From positions 4,572 to 68,571 of the forward strand of contig JBCDLN010000001.1 of NCBI GenBank assembly GCA_038745295.1: a stretch of 64,000 bases of DNA. Reading direction: 5' to 3'. Position 1 is the first letter of the stretch; every line of letters begins with the position of its first letter. This DNA comes from Pseudomonadota bacterium. Its GTDB lineage: Bacteria > Pseudomonadota > Alphaproteobacteria > Rhizobiales > Amorphaceae. Below the pieces are notes generated by a model. It searched no databases and was not told the DNA's origin. It saw nothing but the letters and a program-made list of their open reading frames with translations. Positions 40,464 to 49,387 of the stretch are shown piece after piece. Position numbers and translations under genes: made by a program.

Positions 40464-42029
40464 CTAATGCGTAGAACCTTTGGGCCAGTCCATTGTGATG
40501 GGTGCGGATTGAGAGCTGGATGTGTTCCGCTTGACGATATCGGCGAGCGAAAACGTCTCATTGATTGTCTTCCAGCCCAATGCGCTGAAGGTTCTCTCGT
40601 TGAAGACGTTGACCGATAGCAACGGATTGGTCAGCGCATGGGAGAAGGCGTCAAGTGCCACCATACGCCCGATCATCGGTGGAACAGCTGATTCCACGGG
40701 CGCATCTTCAGCCATCAGGCCAACATAAAATTCGATCTGATCGACACTTGAATACACCGCTTTGAGAGCATTGATCCGCGTTTCGTCGCCTGTAATCTGG
40801 TTAAAGTCGGTCACAGTCGGGTACGACATGGCCGTCCGGTACGTGTTGTAGCTTGCGACTTGGGTTTCTCGCCCTTGGAGGATGGTTGCAAGTTCAACCG
40901 GCAACAGGAATTTGGCTGTGTTTGCCAAACCGAGCCGCCATGCACGGTTGGCAGATGCCGCGGCCAACATCTCTTGCACTCCGTGCTCAATGAGGAGTTG
41001 GTTGTTGAGCAGAAGAGTTGCGCTTGGGTACTGTTGCTGCGCGACGGTGACTTCGGACGGCACCAATGAATGCCAGCGATAAAGAAGGTTGAACTCAACC
41101 GGAATCCAGTTCGGCCGGTTCCACTTGGCTTCCCAAACAAACTGCGGGAAGGCGCGCAGGCGGAAATGATACGGTGCGATGTGGTTGATATATTCTTCAA
41201 TGACGACCTTGATGAGCATTGCAATCATCGTATTGCGCGAGACTTCGAACACCCGGTCGTCGTCCCAAGATGGTTCTTGGGCCGCAATGTTGTCCGCAAT
41301 TCGATTATGCTCCCGCAGAAACAACGTGGTCATCGCGGCGGTGAAGGGCGTTGAGTTTGAGCGCTCTCCTGCGAAGGCAAAGATCGTCCGCTTTTGTTCC
41401 AGCGGGGTATCGTCAGAAAGTCGAGAGGGGAGGGGCAAACCCTCAAATTCCGGCTTGAGGTTGCCGTCTTCGTCAAATAGGCGCGGCGCGAATTCGCCTT
41501 CGGTACTCTCGACTGACTTTAAACGACCTTTGCGATGCGGATCGTGCAATCGAACAAGCGTGGTATGATGTTCAGTATATCCATAAATCTGGTTGAGATC
41601 GATCTGATGGCTGGTTCGCGTGCGTCGTCTATCTTCATCGTCCGTGAGAAGAAATCCGTCAGTAAACCATTGCGCGAACACCGGAAACAACATTGTTGAT
41701 TTGGGTGATAGTGTCGGACCGCTTTCAGGAATCCGAAACAGCGCAGCAACATCTTGGGCATCCGGTAAGTTGGGAATTTCGGTCGCAGGTGCGCGACGGC
41801 CAAAATATGTCTTGTCCATCAGGCTTCGCCAGGACGTGTAGTTCGACAGTGTTGAGAACGCATGCGGTCTATTCACGGCCTTGCTCATCGCATTATTGAT
41901 GATGAGGCGGTTCACCAAGCGCTCCAAGAAGGGCACCGATTGCAAAAACGACCATAATGGTCTGAAGCGTTTTAAGGCTGTGGACTGTATTGTGTTGATG
42001 AAGCCGTCGCGGCTGGTATCGCGTTTCAT
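40464..42029 (-). CDS. Animal-heme-peroxidase superfamily protein of the cyclooxygenase / alpha-dioxygenase / linoleate-diol-synthase type (putative fatty-acid heme dioxygenase)
   Basis: VFAQWFTDGF (compare COX FAQHFTHQF), TSHQIDLNQIYG (compare HGVDLNHIYG), LREHNRIADNI (compare LREHNRVCD) and EFNLLYRWHSLVP (compare EFNTLYHWHPLLP, which holds the catalytic Tyr and the proximal His). Lower GC than the surrounding locus. Confidence 0.75.
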   Translation of the reverse strand: MKRDTSRDGFINTIQSTALKRFRPLWSFLQSVPFLERLVNRLIINNAMSKAVNRPHAFSTLSNYTSWRSLMDKTYFGRRAPATEIPNLPDAQDVAALFRIPESGPTLSPKSTMLFPVFAQWFTDGFLLTDDEDRRRTRTSHQIDLNQIYGYTEHHTTLVRLHDPHRKGRLKSVESTEGEFAPRLFDEDGNLKPEFEGLPLPSRLSDDTPLEQKRTIFAFAGERSNSTPFTAAMTTLFLREHNRIADNIAAQEPSWDDDRVFEVSRNTMIAMLIKVVIEEYINHIAPYHFRLRAFPQFVWEAKWNRPNWIPVEFNLLYRWHSLVPSEVTVAQQQYPSATLLLNNQLLIEHGVQEMLAAASANRAWRLGLANTAKFLLPVELATILQGRETQVASYNTYRTAMSYPTVTDFNQITGDETRINALKAVYSSVDQIEFYVGLMAEDAPVESAVPPMIGRMVALDAFSHALTNPLLSVNVFNERTFSALGWKTINETFSLADIVKRNTSSSQSAPITMDWPKGSTH

Positions 42030-42030
42030 A

Positions 42031-43257
42031 TCAACCCGCCCTAAGACGCACCCGATAGTGTTCGGGGAAGGGTCCGTCCTTGTAATCGATCGTGCCGCCG
42101 CAATCGTCTAGTGGCGTGACATTCGCCAAGAAGATTTGCCGGACTGTTTCTGGAATGATCTGTTCGCCGACATAGCGGCCAAGACATTCGTGATGGCCGC
42201 GACCAAAGTGTGAGTATGTGTCGTGCGGCCGATCGCCGGAAAATGTTTGCGGGTCCGGCGTGTAGCCGGGCGAGGCCATCGGCGAAACCGTCATTAACGC
42301 GATGAGACTGCCAGCGCTCACCGACCGCGCGTGCGGGCGGCCTGGCGCCAATGTTGCCTCGCGCGATGCAACGCGCAGAACGAACGTGTTGATGGGGTCA
42401 AAGCGCAGGGCTTCCCACACCAACGGATCGAATTTTGCCGGATCGTCTTTGGCGTTGTGGGCGGCCTCGCACCGGGCGGGATCGGACAAAAGCTGCCGCG
42501 TTGCCTGGATGATGGCGTGGGCGCTGGTCTCCACCGCGCCGACCAAAAGCCCGGCCGCGTTGGACAAGACGCGCGATCGCTCCATCGCATGGGTGGTAGC
42601 GCTCAAACGGGCGAGCCGCGCGAGCACAGTCTCACTGCAGTCGTCAAATCCAGCCTCGATCCGCTGATCGATCCAGGCGCGCAACGCGACGCCCGCCTCG
42701 ATGCCGGCTTGATACAACGCCGGATCGCGCGTCAGATTGTAGAAAAACGCCATCTGCGTGGCTCTCGACCATGCAAGCAGCGTGGTTTCATCGGGACCCG
42801 ACACACCGAAATATTGGTCAACAATGTGCGCGGGGACTTGGCGTCCCACCGTCGCCGCGAGATCCACTTCGCCTGAGCAACTTTTGAGAATTGCACTGGC
42901 TTTTGATGCCACCAGCGCGCGAATACGCGGCAGATCCTCCCAGCGCAGGAGGCTCCGCATGACGCTTTTCTCATAATAGTTTTCGTTGGCCCCGTCGCGC
43001 GCCAGCATAAATGGCCCGACAGAAGGGTCCATGTTGGGGGCGTGCGGTACATTGAAGACTTCGTGCCGCGACAGCGCGTCGACAACATCTTGCGCATCGG
43101 CCACCACCACAAAAGACGGCGTTTGTAGAATGGGGCGATGCGCTGTGAGTTCGGCTGACAAAGCAAACGGCGCGTTACGGGCAGCCTGAAGAAAGAAGCC
43201 GACCTTTTGAGCAGGCTGATCATCAGGAATTTGATCGTATTTGTCTAAGAAATTCAT
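42031..43257 (-). CDS. Cytochrome P450
   Basis: Cys-ligand loop FGRGHHECLGRYVGEQI (F-x-x-G-x-x-x-C-x-G), I-helix LLVGAVETSAH (G-x-E-T-S) and ExxR in WEALRF. The stop is 1 nt from the peroxidase ATG. The ORF is open to the GTG at 43293; the ATG at 43257 is preferred. Confidence 0.85.
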   Translation of the reverse strand: MNFLDKYDQIPDDQPAQKVGFFLQAARNAPFALSAELTAHRPILQTPSFVVVADAQDVVDALSRHEVFNVPHAPNMDPSVGPFMLARDGANENYYEKSVMRSLLRWEDLPRIRALVASKASAILKSCSGEVDLAATVGRQVPAHIVDQYFGVSGPDETTLLAWSRATQMAFFYNLTRDPALYQAGIEAGVALRAWIDQRIEAGFDDCSETVLARLARLSATTHAMERSRVLSNAAGLLVGAVETSAHAIIQATRQLLSDPARCEAAHNAKDDPAKFDPLVWEALRFDPINTFVLRVASREATLAPGRPHARSVSAGSLIALMTVSPMASPGYTPDPQTFSGDRPHDTYSHFGRGHHECLGRYVGEQIIPETVRQIFLANVTPLDDCGGTIDYKDGPFPEHYRVRLRAG

Positions 43258-43599
43258 GATGTCCGCTCTAATCCTTCGAGGAATAATGATCACAATTCAA
43301 AACTGCACCCGTTAATTAACACAGCGAGAGATCGAGGGCCACTCACGCCGTCCAACGATGATCATGGCGCGGCTGGCGCTCCGGTCTGAGGCCTCACCGC
43401 CGGCCTTATGGCGCCAATATGCTGACGTTCGTGATGCGAAACGGGTATAGAAGTACCAGCTGCTTTGCCCGATCTGCCGGTCGACCCGTGGCCGGGCTTG
43501 CGTTAGGGGAGGCCGGGTGCGTCGGCCCAAGCCGCTCACCCCAAAGGGGCGATCTCACGACGCTCCCAGCAACGCTCGGGTTGAAGGACAAGGCTCCCA

Positions 43600-44577
43600 A
43601 TGACCATTCTCGTCACCGGCGGTGCCGGATATATTGGCTCGCACGCCTGCAAAGCGCTCGCGGCCGCAGGGCACACCCCCATCGCCTATGACGATCTTTC
43701 GACCGGTCACCGTTCCGCTGTCCGCTTCGGCCCCTTCGAACACGGCTCCATCTTGGACACCACACGCCTTGCCGAGGTGATGCGCCGGCATGGCTGTCAC
43801 ACCGTTATCCACTTCGCAGCGCTCTCCACGGTGGGGGAAGCGGCGACGCGGCCGGACCTTTATTGGCGGGTCAATGTGGCCGGCACTCTGGCGCTTCTGG
43901 ATGCCATGCGCCTTGTGGGCATCAACCGGCTGGTCTTTTCCTCCACCTGCGCGGTCTATGGCATTCCGGTGCAAATGCCGATCACAGAAGCCACGCCCTG
44001 TGCGCCGCTCAATGTTTATGGCGAGACCAAATTTGCCATGGAGCGGATGCTGGAGGCGCACGCCAATGCCTATGGGCTTGCGGCGGTGGCGCTGCGCTAT
44101 TTCAACGCCGCCGGCGCCGATCCTGACGGGATGATCGGCGAAGAACACGACCCTGAAACCCACGCGATCCCGCTGATTTTGCAGACCGCAGCGGGCCAGC
44201 GCGCCCACTTTACTGTGTTTGGCGAAGACTATGAGACCCGCGATGGCTCCTGCGTGCGCGACTATGTGCACGTCACTGACCTTGCTGATGCCCATGTCCG
44301 CGCGCTCGATGTTTTGCGCGAAGGCACCATGGACGCCATCAATCTGGGCTCAGGCGATGGCTTTACCGTGCGCGAGGTGGTGGGTGTCGCCCGGCAGATC
44401 ACCGGCCGCGAGATCGCGGTCGAGAGCGGGCCACGCCGGGTGGGCGATCCGCCCGTTTTGACGGCCAACGCCACCAAAGCTGAGGCGGTGCTTGGCTGGA
44501 CACCCCAGCATTCTGGCCTTGATGAGATTATTGGCACCGCATGGCGCTGGATGAGCGAATTCAGCCCCCGCCGGTAA
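43600..44577 (+). CDS. galE: UDP-glucose 4-epimerase
   Basis: MTILVTGGAGYIGSHACKALAAAGHTPIAYDDLSTGH..., FSSTCAVYG, YGETKFAMERML, LRYFNAAGADPDG and RDYVHVTDLADAH are collinear with GalE/ExoB. Confidence 0.9.
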   Translation: MTILVTGGAGYIGSHACKALAAAGHTPIAYDDLSTGHRSAVRFGPFEHGSILDTTRLAEVMRRHGCHTVIHFAALSTVGEAATRPDLYWRVNVAGTLALLDAMRLVGINRLVFSSTCAVYGIPVQMPITEATPCAPLNVYGETKFAMERMLEAHANAYGLAAVALRYFNAAGADPDGMIGEEHDPETHAIPLILQTAAGQRAHFTVFGEDYETRDGSCVRDYVHVTDLADAHVRALDVLREGTMDAINLGSGDGFTVREVVGVARQITGREIAVESGPRRVGDPPVLTANATKAEAVLGWTPQHSGLDEIIGTAWRWMSEFSPRR

Positions 44578-44644
44578 TGCGCTGCCGACCGGCTGGATCG
44601 GCCTGATCTCAGATCGAACTGTGTTCTGCCGCGCACCCCAAAAC

Positions 44645-44680
44645 ACATTCACCCGCCACAGCCGTGCTGGGCGGGTGAAT
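44645..44680 (+). terminator. Perfect 12-bp stem hairpin downstream of galE (possible terminator or RNA element; no U-tract)
   Basis: CATTCACCCGCC (44645-44656) pairs with GGCGGGTGAATG (44669-44680) around a 12-nt loop, about 70 nt after the galE stop. The lack of a T-run keeps confidence low. Confidence 0.3.
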
Positions 44681-45170
44681 GCTGGCCACGATACGCATGG
44701 CCATCCCTGAAAAACAGCCCGTTTAAAATTCGTCCAAGCAGTATGACATGCGCTGATGAAAAACTCGATTGAGGCCAGCCAACACAGCCTGTGCTTACGC
44801 GATACTTAGAAGCACATGCGGTGGGGGGGTGATGACTGGGCTGTGTGACTGACCTCGTTCTGTGTCTCTCTTCGATGCACTACACATATTGGTTAGCGAG
44901 CCGTGATGATGTGACGGAGATCACGCCTTCTCCCTATGGGTCGAACTTTTTCAGCCTTCGGTTCATTGCGGTTCACAAAGCGCCGTTGCGCATGACGGCG
45001 CGGCCTCGATCCTGGCCTCACACACTGGCCCAGTCGCTGGGTTGCAGTGCGGTAGGCGATGGCCTAGCCACCACCCATCGCACAACCTACGACAGCGCGC
45101 TGGCCTGTGGCGGTTCCCGTTTCTGGGGGGCACGACTGAGGCTGATCGCTTCTGAGAGTCCGCACCGCCA

Positions 45171-46268
45171 ATGAGCCAACTGATCCTCAATGGGCGCTTT
45201 TTGACCCGTGCCGCGACCGGTGTGGACAGGGTCGCCATGGAGCTGGTGGCCGCGCTTCTGACGCGGGGACTGCCCGCACCGTTTGAGGGGCTGGTGACGC
45301 TGGCACCGAACGCGCCGGTGGTCGACAGCACCGAACGCCCCGCCGCGATGCTCTCAACGCTGAGGCCCACCACAAGCGGCCTCAACGGGCACCCGTGGGA
45401 GCAGTGGGCGTTGGCCCGCGCTCAGCCCCAGGACTGGCTCCTCAGCCTGTGCAACACCGGGCCAATCACGCGTGCGCGCCAGGTGGCGATGATCCACGAC
45501 GCCCAGGTGTTTACCCAGCCGCAGTCCTATTCACGCGCCTTCAGAACCCTTTACCACCTCTTCCAGCCGCGCCTCGCCCGCAAAGCGGCCCTGGTGCTCA
45601 CCGTCTCCGACTATTCCAAGCGGGAGCTGGAGCGGTTGAAAGTGGTCCCTGAGGGCAAGTGCCAGGTGGTGCACAATGGCGCGGATCATATCCTGCGCGT
45701 TGACCCCGATGAGACGATCTTGCAGCGCCACGGTTTGACGCCAGGGGGCTATTTGCTCGCCATCGGCAGCCTTGCGGCGCACAAGAACCTGCCGATGGCG
45801 GTGGCGGCGGCCAACGCCCGCCCCGACACCTCAATTCCCCTCGTCATCGCCGGCGGCGGCAACTCGTCCGTCTTCGCCGAGGCGGGCATTGCAGCCAGCG
45901 AAACGGTGAAACCCATCGGACGGGTGAGCGATGCTGAACTGCGCGCCCTTTATGGCAACGCGACGGCGCTCGTCTTTCCCTCTTTCACCGAAGGCTTTGG
46001 GCTGCCGGCCGCTGAAGCGATGATGTGCGGCGCACCGGTGATTGCCTCCACAGGTGGCGCGATTCCTGAAGTGTGCGGCGAGGCCGCGCTGCTCCTTGAT
46101 CCGAACGACCGTGAGGGCTGGACCGCAGCGTTGACCAAGGTGTGCGCCGATCCGGCGCTGAGACACCGTTTGAGCGAGGCGGGGCACACCCATGTGGCCC
46201 GCTTCACCTGGGCCCACGCGGCCGACATGTTGGCCGGCCATCTGGCCGCGCTGCCGGGTCCAAGGTGA
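45171..46268 (+). CDS. Family 4 (group 1) glycosyltransferase
   Basis: LILNGRFLTRAATGVDRVAMELVAAL at the N-terminus and LVFPSFTEGFGLPAAEAMMCGAPVIASTGGAIPEV (EX7E) at the C-terminus. Paralog of 48261..49343. Confidence 0.8.
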   Translation: MSQLILNGRFLTRAATGVDRVAMELVAALLTRGLPAPFEGLVTLAPNAPVVDSTERPAAMLSTLRPTTSGLNGHPWEQWALARAQPQDWLLSLCNTGPITRARQVAMIHDAQVFTQPQSYSRAFRTLYHLFQPRLARKAALVLTVSDYSKRELERLKVVPEGKCQVVHNGADHILRVDPDETILQRHGLTPGGYLLAIGSLAAHKNLPMAVAAANARPDTSIPLVIAGGGNSSVFAEAGIAASETVKPIGRVSDAELRALYGNATALVFPSFTEGFGLPAAEAMMCGAPVIASTGGAIPEVCGEAALLLDPNDREGWTAALTKVCADPALRHRLSEAGHTHVARFTWAHAADMLAGHLAALPGPR

Positions 46269-46278
46269 GAGTGTGGAG

Positions 46279-47253
46279 ATGCTGCAGGAGGGTTCACAGC
46301 AGGTGACACCGCAGAACAGTTTGAAACGGCGTGTCGTGTTGGTGACCGGCACTCCTCGCTCGGGCACCACGGTGGTGGGCAACGCGCTCGCTCTCGCTGC
46401 GCACACCAAGGCCCTTTACGAGCCCATGAACAGGGATAGCGGCGACAAAATCATCCGCCGCTATTTTGAAGTGCCGGACGAAAACGGGTTCTCCACCGCG
46501 GACTGCGACGGCCTCATTGACCGTGTGGCTGGGCTTTCCCTGCAATTGCGGTCCGGCGCGTTCGACCATGAAAAGGGGCTTCGCCGTCTCGCCAAATTGA
46601 TGATTGGCGGGCAATCGCGACATTCTTTGCGCATGGCCCGGCTCGCGCTCGACGTGCGCCATGTGATTTGGAAGGATCCGTTCGCGCCTTTTGTGGCGCG
46701 CCGCGCGGTCGAGGAATTCGGCATTCCTGTGGTGATCACCGTGCGCCCGCCGCTGGCTGTGGCGGCGAGCTTCAAACGGCTCAATTGGCGCTTCGACGTT
46801 GCTGAACTCGACCGCAGCCTGCATGGCAAATATTTGGCCAATCGACCGCTGAGTGACCCCGCCAACATCATCGAGCGCTCCGCCGCGCTTTGGCAAATGG
46901 TCTATGGCGAACTCAGCGAGCTCCACGCGCGCCATCCAAACGATGTTCGCATTGTCATGATGGATGGACTGATCGACACCGCGCAGGACACCTTCGCCGC
47001 ACTTTACGCCGATCTGGGGCTTGAGGCGTCGACCCAGGCACGAGCCGCCATCGCCAAAATGTTTCAGCCAACCAATGCGGCGAAGGCTGCAGTGCCTGCC
47101 GGCCATCCCCACAGCCGCAACCGCGATATCCGCACGGCCAACACCTATTGGTCAAAGCTTCTGGATGAGAGTGAGGTCGAAGCGGTCCGCACGCGCACAG
47201 CCGATGTAGAAGCCTACTTTGACCGGTCTGGTGGAGTAACCGTCAATGCATGA
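46279..47253 (+). CDS. Sulfotransferase family protein (P-loop RSGTT type)
   Basis: VVLVTGTPRSGTTVVGNAL is a 5'-PSB-like loop and VVITVRPPLAVAASFKR is a possible 3'-PB. It sits in an operon with GT4 and acyltransferase genes. The start is taken at the ATG at 46279. Confidence 0.55.
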   Translation: MLQEGSQQVTPQNSLKRRVVLVTGTPRSGTTVVGNALALAAHTKALYEPMNRDSGDKIIRRYFEVPDENGFSTADCDGLIDRVAGLSLQLRSGAFDHEKGLRRLAKLMIGGQSRHSLRMARLALDVRHVIWKDPFAPFVARRAVEEFGIPVVITVRPPLAVAASFKRLNWRFDVAELDRSLHGKYLANRPLSDPANIIERSAALWQMVYGELSELHARHPNDVRIVMMDGLIDTAQDTFAALYADLGLEASTQARAAIAKMFQPTNAAKAAVPAGHPHSRNRDIRTANTYWSKLLDESEVEAVRTRTADVEAYFDRSGGVTVNA

Positions 47254-48259
47254 GATGTCTGCCCACCGATCGGCGGCTCAAACACGTCCAGTGCGAGACC
47301 TCACCATCGACATCGCCCGCGGTATCGCGATGATTCTCGTGGTGTTTGGCCACGCCCTTGTGGGCATTGTCGCGGCCGGCGACGCGACTGCCACCAATCG
47401 GTTTCTGCTCCTTATGATCTACAGCACCCATATGTCGCTATTTTTCTTAATCTCAGGCCTTCTTTCACAGTCTTTTTCTCGTGCAAGTTGGCAAAAGTCT
47501 GGCCAATCCATCTTATTCCGTATGATATGGCCGTATTTTTTATGGAGTTTTATTCTTTATACAGCGCATTATGTGATGAACCAGTACACTAATACTCAGA
47601 TTGATCATTATAATGTGGTAAGTATTTTCTGGCAGCCGCCGGCCGTGATGTGGTTTCTTTATGTGCTCTTCATCGCGATGCTGTTGCGCAAGGCGTTGTC
47701 CCCGCTGCCTGATGCCGCGCTCGCCGCCATTGGTGTGCTTGTGATCCTCACATCGTACGCCATTGGGCCACCGCAGGAGCTGCGCTTCGTCGGTGTCTTC
47801 TTGGTCGCCGCTGCGTTGGGATTACAACGTTATCCCATCACGCTTGGTGTGATGCCTGTGACAGTGTCGGCGTTGATCATGGCAATCACGGCGGTGCTAG
47901 CCTGGGGTGAAGCCGTGGCATGGGCTGAAGCGCCGGTAAGGGCCTATCCAGCCTTTGAATGGATTTATCTGCCAGCGCTTTTTGCCGGGCCAATCCTTCT
48001 GACGCGGGCCTCCGCCGCCCTCTCAAAGCTTGGTGGGTGGCTTGCGAACGCGCTTGTATTTGTGGGTCAGCGAACGATGGCCATCTTCGTGACCCATATT
48101 CTCATCACTGCCGGCTCGCGCATCGCCCTCGGCCTTGTGGGGATCGATAACCTGCTCCTCGCTCTTATTGTGGGAACAGTACTCGGGGTCGGTCTGCCTT
48201 TGATCGCGGCCGTGGTGGCCGAACGACTGCGTATCGCACCGCTTTTGGGCTGGCGATGA
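47246..48259 (+). CDS. Acyltransferase family 3 membrane O-acyltransferase
   Basis: DIARGIAMILVVFGHALVG, with about 10 hydrophobic segments. It overlaps the upstream stop by 8 nt. Confidence 0.8.
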   Translation: MHEMSAHRSAAQTRPVRDLTIDIARGIAMILVVFGHALVGIVAAGDATATNRFLLLMIYSTHMSLFFLISGLLSQSFSRASWQKSGQSILFRMIWPYFLWSFILYTAHYVMNQYTNTQIDHYNVVSIFWQPPAVMWFLYVLFIAMLLRKALSPLPDAALAAIGVLVILTSYAIGPPQELRFVGVFLVAAALGLQRYPITLGVMPVTVSALIMAITAVLAWGEAVAWAEAPVRAYPAFEWIYLPALFAGPILLTRASAALSKLGGWLANALVFVGQRTMAIFVTHILITAGSRIALGLVGIDNLLLALIVGTVLGVGLPLIAAVVAERLRIAPLLGWR

Positions 48260-48260
48260 G

Positions 48261-49343
48261 ATGACTCGCCGTCTCATCGTCAATGGCCGCTTCCTCGCCG
48301 GAGCACCCACCGCGGTGAACGCGGTGGCGCGGTCGCTCACCAAGGCGCTCGCCGCCTGGGAGGGCGCGAACAGCTGGCAGGTGACCGTCGCCATTCCGCC
48401 TGCGGCTGAGGCAGAGGCAGCGCGCGACAATCTTCCCTACGAGGTGGTGGGCACGCGAAACGGGATTGGCTGGGAGCAAGTCGATCTGCCGGCCATGCGC
48501 CGGCACGGCGTGGTGACAGGCTTTTTCAACACCGTGCCCCTCATCGGCAAGGGCTATGTGACGATGCTGCACGACGCGCAGGTGTTCACCGCGCCCCAAT
48601 CCTACGGCCGGCCGACCCGCGCCTGGCGCCAGCTCCTGTCCCGCAGAGCCGGGGCGCGCGGCAATCGTCTCCTCACCGTCTCTGACTTCTCCAAGGACGA
48701 ACTGGTCCGACTTGGCATTGCCCCGGCCGAGCGCATTGGTGTGGTCCACAATGGCCTTGGCGCTGTGGTGCGCGAAACGCCGGACCGGTCCATCATCACC
48801 CGCCTGGACCTTTCAGAACGCAGCTATGGGCTCGCCCTCTCCAGTCGCCTGCCCCACAAAAATATTGATTTGCTTTTCAAAGCCTTCGCCGATACGCGGC
48901 TCACCACATGCCCGCTTGTTTTGTTCGGTGCACCCGGGCGGGCCGACTTTGAGGCGGCCGGGTTTGCGGTGCCTCAGAACGTCATGTTCGCGGGGCGGGT
49001 GAGCGATGCTGAGCTTGCAGCGCTTTACGCAGCCGCCCTTGCGGTCCTCACACCCTCCACCACGGAAGGGTTCGGCCTGCCGCCGCTGGAAGGCATGGCG
49101 CACGGCACACCCGCTGTGGTGGCGCCCTGCGGCGCGCTGCCGGAGGTGGTGGGCGATGCTGCACACTATGCCACGCCCGACGACCCTTTGGCCTGGGCCG
49201 ACGCGGTGGTCGCACTGCGCAATGATAGCGATCTGTGGGCCGATCTCGCGCGCCGCGGCCGCGAGCGCGCGTCCGATTTCACCTGGGAGAGGGCCGCAGA
49301 GGTCACACTCGCCCATCTTTCAGGATGGTTTGCCGACCGTTGA
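48261..49343 (+). CDS. Family 4 (group 1) glycosyltransferase
   Basis: LIVNGRFLAGAPTAVNAVARSLTKAL at the N-terminus and VLTPSTTEGFGLPPLEGMAHGTPAVVAPCGALPEV at the C-terminus. The ATG lies 1 nt after the upstream stop. Confidence 0.8.
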   Translation: MTRRLIVNGRFLAGAPTAVNAVARSLTKALAAWEGANSWQVTVAIPPAAEAEAARDNLPYEVVGTRNGIGWEQVDLPAMRRHGVVTGFFNTVPLIGKGYVTMLHDAQVFTAPQSYGRPTRAWRQLLSRRAGARGNRLLTVSDFSKDELVRLGIAPAERIGVVHNGLGAVVRETPDRSIITRLDLSERSYGLALSSRLPHKNIDLLFKAFADTRLTTCPLVLFGAPGRADFEAAGFAVPQNVMFAGRVSDAELAALYAAALAVLTPSTTEGFGLPPLEGMAHGTPAVVAPCGALPEVVGDAAHYATPDDPLAWADAVVALRNDSDLWADLARRGRERASDFTWERAAEVTLAHLSGWFADR

Positions 49344-49387
49344 CGATCCCGCCCATCCATCGGCCCACGCCCCCGGAGCGCTTGTGT

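Noticed and set aside
45048-45055. ops/JUMPstart-like element (TGCGGTAG versus consensus GGCGGTAG) in the leader of the GT4 operon
   Set aside because: It is only a 7/8 match to a short motif in GC-rich DNA. The RfaH/ops system is characteristic of enterobacteria and not expected in this type of genome, so the match is probably chance.
44845-45174. 109-aa ORF as a small protein gene upstream of the GT4 operon
   Set aside because: It has no ribosome-binding context and no recognisable motif, and its composition changes mid-ORF. It ends by overlapping the GT4 start. I treat it as non-coding leader.
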